The position numbers and the translations under genes were made by a program. DNA of 64,000 nucleotides, taken from positions 930,001-994,000 of the forward strand of contig JAUFOQ010000001.1 in assembly GCA_040285855.1 (NCBI GenBank), given 5' to 3'. A model generated the notes under the pieces. That model worked only from the letters and a program-made list of their open reading frames with translations, was not told where the DNA came from and searched no databases. Source of the stretch: Eukaryota sp. GEM-RC1. Its lineage: Eukaryota. Positions 59,372 to 64,000 of the stretch are shown in pieces (position 1 is the stretch's first letter; every line of letters starts with the position of its first letter).

Positions 59372-62300
59372 ATGCAACCAGACAACCAACAACCGATTCC
59401 CTTTCTAGAATACGTCAGAGGAGAATATGGTCCTAAAGTGGATCCCAGTGAGATCGAGATCGAGATTGACTTAGATCCAAAGTTTCGCCCTTCCTACTTG
59501 AGTTTGTCAACTGGTTCCTTTCTTTACCTTTAGAAATTGCTCTATGGATAGTCTCTTGTGTCCTTCTTGTTGTTATCTTTGTTGCTACTCATACTCCTTC
59601 TGCTGATCTTCATGGCAAGGTAGTTGATAGTCGTAGCGATCTTCCTGTACCCTCCGTCTCTGTCCTTCTTCTACTCGATGAAGAACTCTCACTTCAAACA
59701 CTGACTGATTCTGAAGGATTTTTCTCCTTTCTAAAGGTCAAGGTTGGGTCCCTTAATCTTTCTTTTCATCATTCAACCTACTACAACCATACCTTACGAA
59801 TCGGACATCTCTCCAACGATGACAATGATCTCTTAATCCATCTCGATCCAATGTTTTACCAATACTCAGGCATTGTTTCTGATGACGTGACAGGACAACT
59901 CTTGAAGGAAGTCAATGTCACTATAACAACTCCACAGTCCAAAGAAACAGTAGTCACCAACAGTCAAGGAGTATTCACCATTGGTCTTTGGTCAGGTTCT
60001 TACTCTATTACTCTTGATCTTTTAGGATACCATTCAGTGACAGAATCGTTTGGTCTATCTTCTTTTGATGGTATCATACCATTTGCTCTCCCTAGATACA
60101 CACCCAATCTCAATATCATTGTACTTGATAAGGAATTTGGTTTTCCACTCGGTGTTGTGGTTGTAGTTTTAGAGTCCTTTGATGTCTTTTCCACGTCATC
60201 ACTAAATGGAGAAGTTTCGTTTTCCAACTTAAGACCTGGACTCTATTTTCTTTCTCTTTACCATCCTCTGTATCACAATCTCACCACAGTCGTTAACCAT
60301 GGCTCTACAACTCCACAATCACTTAGGCTGACTCATTTGACCAGCCAAGTAGTTATCTCTATTCATGATAGTCTTTCTAATGTTCCTTTGATGTATGGTT
60401 CTGCTGACGTCAACACTTCCTTGTCTAGTAGTACTTCTAATGAAAATGGGTTGCTAGTGTTTGATAATTTACGACTTGACTTGTATGAAATTGAGCTTTC
60501 TCATCACTTGTATTTCAACAAAACCATCCTGGTTGACCTTGGCATCTCTCCTTTAACTATTGTTACCTCGTTGGATCCTGTCTTGGTCTCAAGGACCGGT
60601 CTAGTCTTATCCAATGATAATTCACCTATTGAAGGAGCAAGGGTCAAGGTGGTTGATCAATCAGTCATTACTGATAGTGACGGTGCTTTTACCTTAAGTA
60701 ATCTCAGGTTGCAGTCTTTTGTTGTTCTTGAGATCTCTCATAGACGTTTCAACACTACTTTCTACACACTTGAAGTAATTGAAGGAGAAACAGAAGCTTT
60801 TGAAGTATGTCTTGAACCTTTATTTGAAACTGTTATCTTTGTCATTTCTGATTCAATCTCTGCAGTTCTTCTCTCTAATGTTAATGCTACAATCTTTCTT
60901 GAGGGTGTCGAGGTTGACTCTTCTTTTCAAATGATGTAGGAAGAGTCGAGTTTGAGCTAATGTTAGTATTGTACGAATTACGTCTAACAAAAGTTGGTTT
61001 CATTGATGAATTGATTTCTTTTGATCCTTCGGCTGGTAGTATGATTCACATTGTTTTAGACCCCGAGCTCTATCAAATATCTGGATCGATTGTCCATCAA
61101 TCAGAAGAAATTGATGTCGTTACAGTCACTATCAAATTTTCCAGTATAGCTACCACTTCTGATCAAAACGGAGTTTTCCAGTTTTCTGATATTCGTTATG
61201 GAACTTACACTCTGGTTTTTACTCATGATTTATATCAAACAAAAGAAGTTTCTATATCCGTTTCCAATGATTACAATCTTGGAACCTTTGAACTTGATTC
61301 AAAACTATTCAATTTAAAAATTGTTGTTTTTGATAGTGAATCTGACAAGTTCTTGAGACAAACTTCTGTAGTTCTTGGAGTCAACTGAAAGTTCTAACGT
61401 AAACGTCATTTTCACTGACGATCGAGGAATTTCATTATTCAATAATCTAACTATTGGACATTATTCAGTTATAGTGGAAAAAGATGGTTATTTTACTGTT
61501 AATTCCAATATTCTAATTAATGATGACGTGACCAAGGATATTGCTCTACATCCATTCTTTTTTTCACTTTCTGGAACAGTTTGTTACCAAGACTCCAAAA
61601 TTGCTGATGTATCGGTAGCTATTGATGAAACTGTGTTTTCTACTTTTACTAATGGTGAAGGGCAGTTTAACTTCCCACAATTACGTCAGGATAATTATAC
61701 TTTAACTTTTTCCCACTCCGATTATGAAACTTTTGAACAAGATGTAGAATTGAGGTCAGATGTTACTCTTGAAAATATATATCTTGATTCCAAACCATTT
61801 GTCGTAAAAGTTTATGTTTATGATAATACTTCAATGACCTTGCTATCTGGTGCTTCTGTCAAACTGAAACAATCTAATGATATTGTTCAAGAATTGGTTA
61901 CTGGTAGGAAAGGTGTTGTTGAATTCGAAGACGTGTTTTTAGGATCTTATGAAGTGGAAGTTGAAGTTTTGGGCTTTCACACTTATTCTAATGCCGTTTT
62001 AGTTGATGGTTCAATCAAATTATATGCTACGTTGGACCCCGAGCTCTATCAAATATCTGGATCGATTGTCCATCAATCAGAAGAAATTGATGACGTCATG
62101 GTCTCTATCAAATTTTCCAGTATAGCTACCACTTCTGATCAAAACGGAGTTTTCCATTTTTCTGATGTTCGTTTCGGAACTTACACCCTGGTTTTTACCC
62201 ATGATTTATATCAAACAAAAGAAGTTTATATATCCGTTTCCAATGATGACAATCTTGGAACCTTTGAACTTGATTCAAAACTATTCAATTTAAAAATTGT

Positions 62301-64000
62301 TGTTTTTGATAGTGAATCTGACAAGTTTTTGAGACAAACTTCTGTAGTTCTTGAGTCAACTGAAGGTTCTATTGTAAACGTCATTTTCACTGATGATCGA
62401 GGAATTTCATTATTCAATAATCTAACTATTGGACATTATTCAGTTATAGTGGAAAAAGATGGTTATTTTACTGTTAATTCCAATATTCTAATTAATGATG
62501 ACGTGACCCTGGATATTGCTCTAGATCCATTCTTTTTTCACTTTCTGGAACAGTTTATTACCAAGAATCCAAAGTTAATGATGTATCAGTAGCTATTGAT
62601 GAAACTGTGTTTTCTACTTTTACTAATGGTGAAGGGCAGTTTAACTTCCCACAATTACGTCAGGATAATTATACTTTAACTTTTTCCCACTCCGATTATG
62701 AAACTTTTGAACAAGATGTAGAATTGAGGTCAGATGTTACTCTTGAAAATATATATCTTGATTCCAAACCATTTGTCGTAAAAGTTTATGTTTATGATAA
62801 TACTTCAATGACCTTGCTATCTGGTGCTTCTGTCAAACTGGAAACAATCTAATGATATTGTTCAAGAATTGGTTACTGGTAGGAAAGGTGTTGTTGAATT
62901 CGAAGACGTGTTTTTAGGATCTTATGAAGTGGAAGTTGAAGTTTTGGGCTTTCACACTTATTCTAATGCCGTTTTAGTTGATGGTTCAATCAAATTATAT
63001 GCTACGTTGGACCCCGAGCTCTATCAAATATCTGGATCGATTGTCCATCAATCAGAAGAAATTGATGACGTCATGGTCTCTATCAAATTTTCCAGTATAG
63101 CTACCACTTCTGATCAAAACGGAGTTTTCCATTTTTCTGATGTTCGTTTCGGAACTTACACCCTGGTTTTTACCCATGATTTATATCAAACAAAAGAAGT
63201 TTATATATCCGTTTCCAATGATGACAATCTTGGAACCTTTGAACTTGATTCAAAACTATTCAATTTAAAAATTGTTGTTTTTGATAGTGAATCTGACAAG
63301 TTTTTGAGACAAACTTCTGTAGTTCTTGGAGTCAACTGAAGGTTCTATTGTAAACGTCATTTTCACTGATGATCGAGGAATTTCATTATTCAATAATCTA
63401 ACTATTGGACATTATTCAGTTATAGTGGAAAAAGATGGTTATTTTACTGTTAATTCCAATATTCTAATTAATGATGACGTGACCCTGGATATTGCTCTAG
63501 ATCCATTCTTTTTTTCACTTTCTGGAACAGTTTATTACCAAGAATCCAAAGTTAATGATGTATCAGTAGCTATTGATGAAACTGTGTTTTCTACTTTTAC
63601 TAATGGTGAAGGGCAGTTTAACTTCCCACAATTACGTCAGGATAATTATACTTTAACTTTTTCCCACTCCGATTATGAAACTTTTGAACAAACTGTAGAA
63701 TTGAGGTCTGATGTTACTCTTGAAAATATCTATCTTGATTCCAAACCATTTGTCGTAAAAGTTTATGTTTATGATAATACTTCAATGACCTTGCTATCTG
63801 GTGCTTCTGTGAAATTGAAACAATCTAATGATATTGTTCAAGAATTTCTTACTAATAGGAAAGGTGTTGTTGAATTCGAAGAGGTGTTTTTAGGATCTTA
63901 TGACGTGGAAGTTGAAGTTTTGGGCTTTCACACTTATTCTAAAACCGTTTTAGTTTATGGTTCTATCAAAGTATATGCTACGTTGGATCCTGAGCTCTGT
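59372..64000 (+). CDS. Large membrane-anchored protein of tandem carboxypeptidase-regulatory-like (transthyretin/Cna-B fold) domains; 3'-incomplete, several frameshifts
   Basis: Repeats of G.V.D....P...V.V......T...G.F.F..L..G.Y.L......Y. The frame of ORF 59851 is open back to ~59470 and includes a hydrophobic anchor (IALWIVSCVLLVVIFVA). The candidate ATG at 59372 needs one frameshift. Confidence 0.75.
61061..63990 (+). repeat. Three near-identical ~975-bp intragenic tandem units
   Basis: The anchor CCCCGAGCTCT recurs at 61061, 62037 and 63012, with the variant TCCTGAGCTCT at 63988. Each unit is ~325 aa, about four domains. Confidence 0.92.

Noticed and set aside
1..64000. Bacterial origin, operons, rRNA/tRNA genes or CRISPR arrays
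   Set aside because: Gene content is eukaryotic (CWC22, katanin-like, BTB, hAT, non-LTR elements). No structured RNA gene or repeat-spacer array was recognisable by eye.

Overview
AT-rich, apparently intron-poor eukaryotic (protist-like) genomic DNA. Many genes are broken by 1-nt indels in homopolymers, probably uncorrected long-read errors, so several track ORFs are joined here. Genes: a katanin-p60-like AAA ATPase (5'-truncated), a tandem kinase-pseudokinase with PBZ-type zinc fingers, three BTB-coiled-coil-SPRY genes plus relics, a divergent alpha-MPP-like M16 protein, a membrane-anchored beta-lactamase-family serine hydrolase, a five-RRM protein, a ~11.8 kb RNF213/mysterin-like AAA+/E3 gene with a variant RZ-like finger and no visible RING, two inverted CWC22 copies, and a large repetitive carboxypeptidase-regulatory-like-domain surface protein. 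Intergenic DNA is full of hAT and Tc1/mariner/pogo-type elements (including a clean nested hAT pair with TIRs and TSDs) and CRE-like RT+RLE retrotransposon pieces. The most interesting signals are the RNF213-like protein, the loop-hypervariable and shuffled BTB-SPRY receptors, and the kinase-pseudokinase-PBZ protein. Together they may represent a ubiquitin-centred cell-autonomous defence toolkit in a unicellular eukaryote (inference). All domain calls come from motifs recognised by eye; no searches were run.
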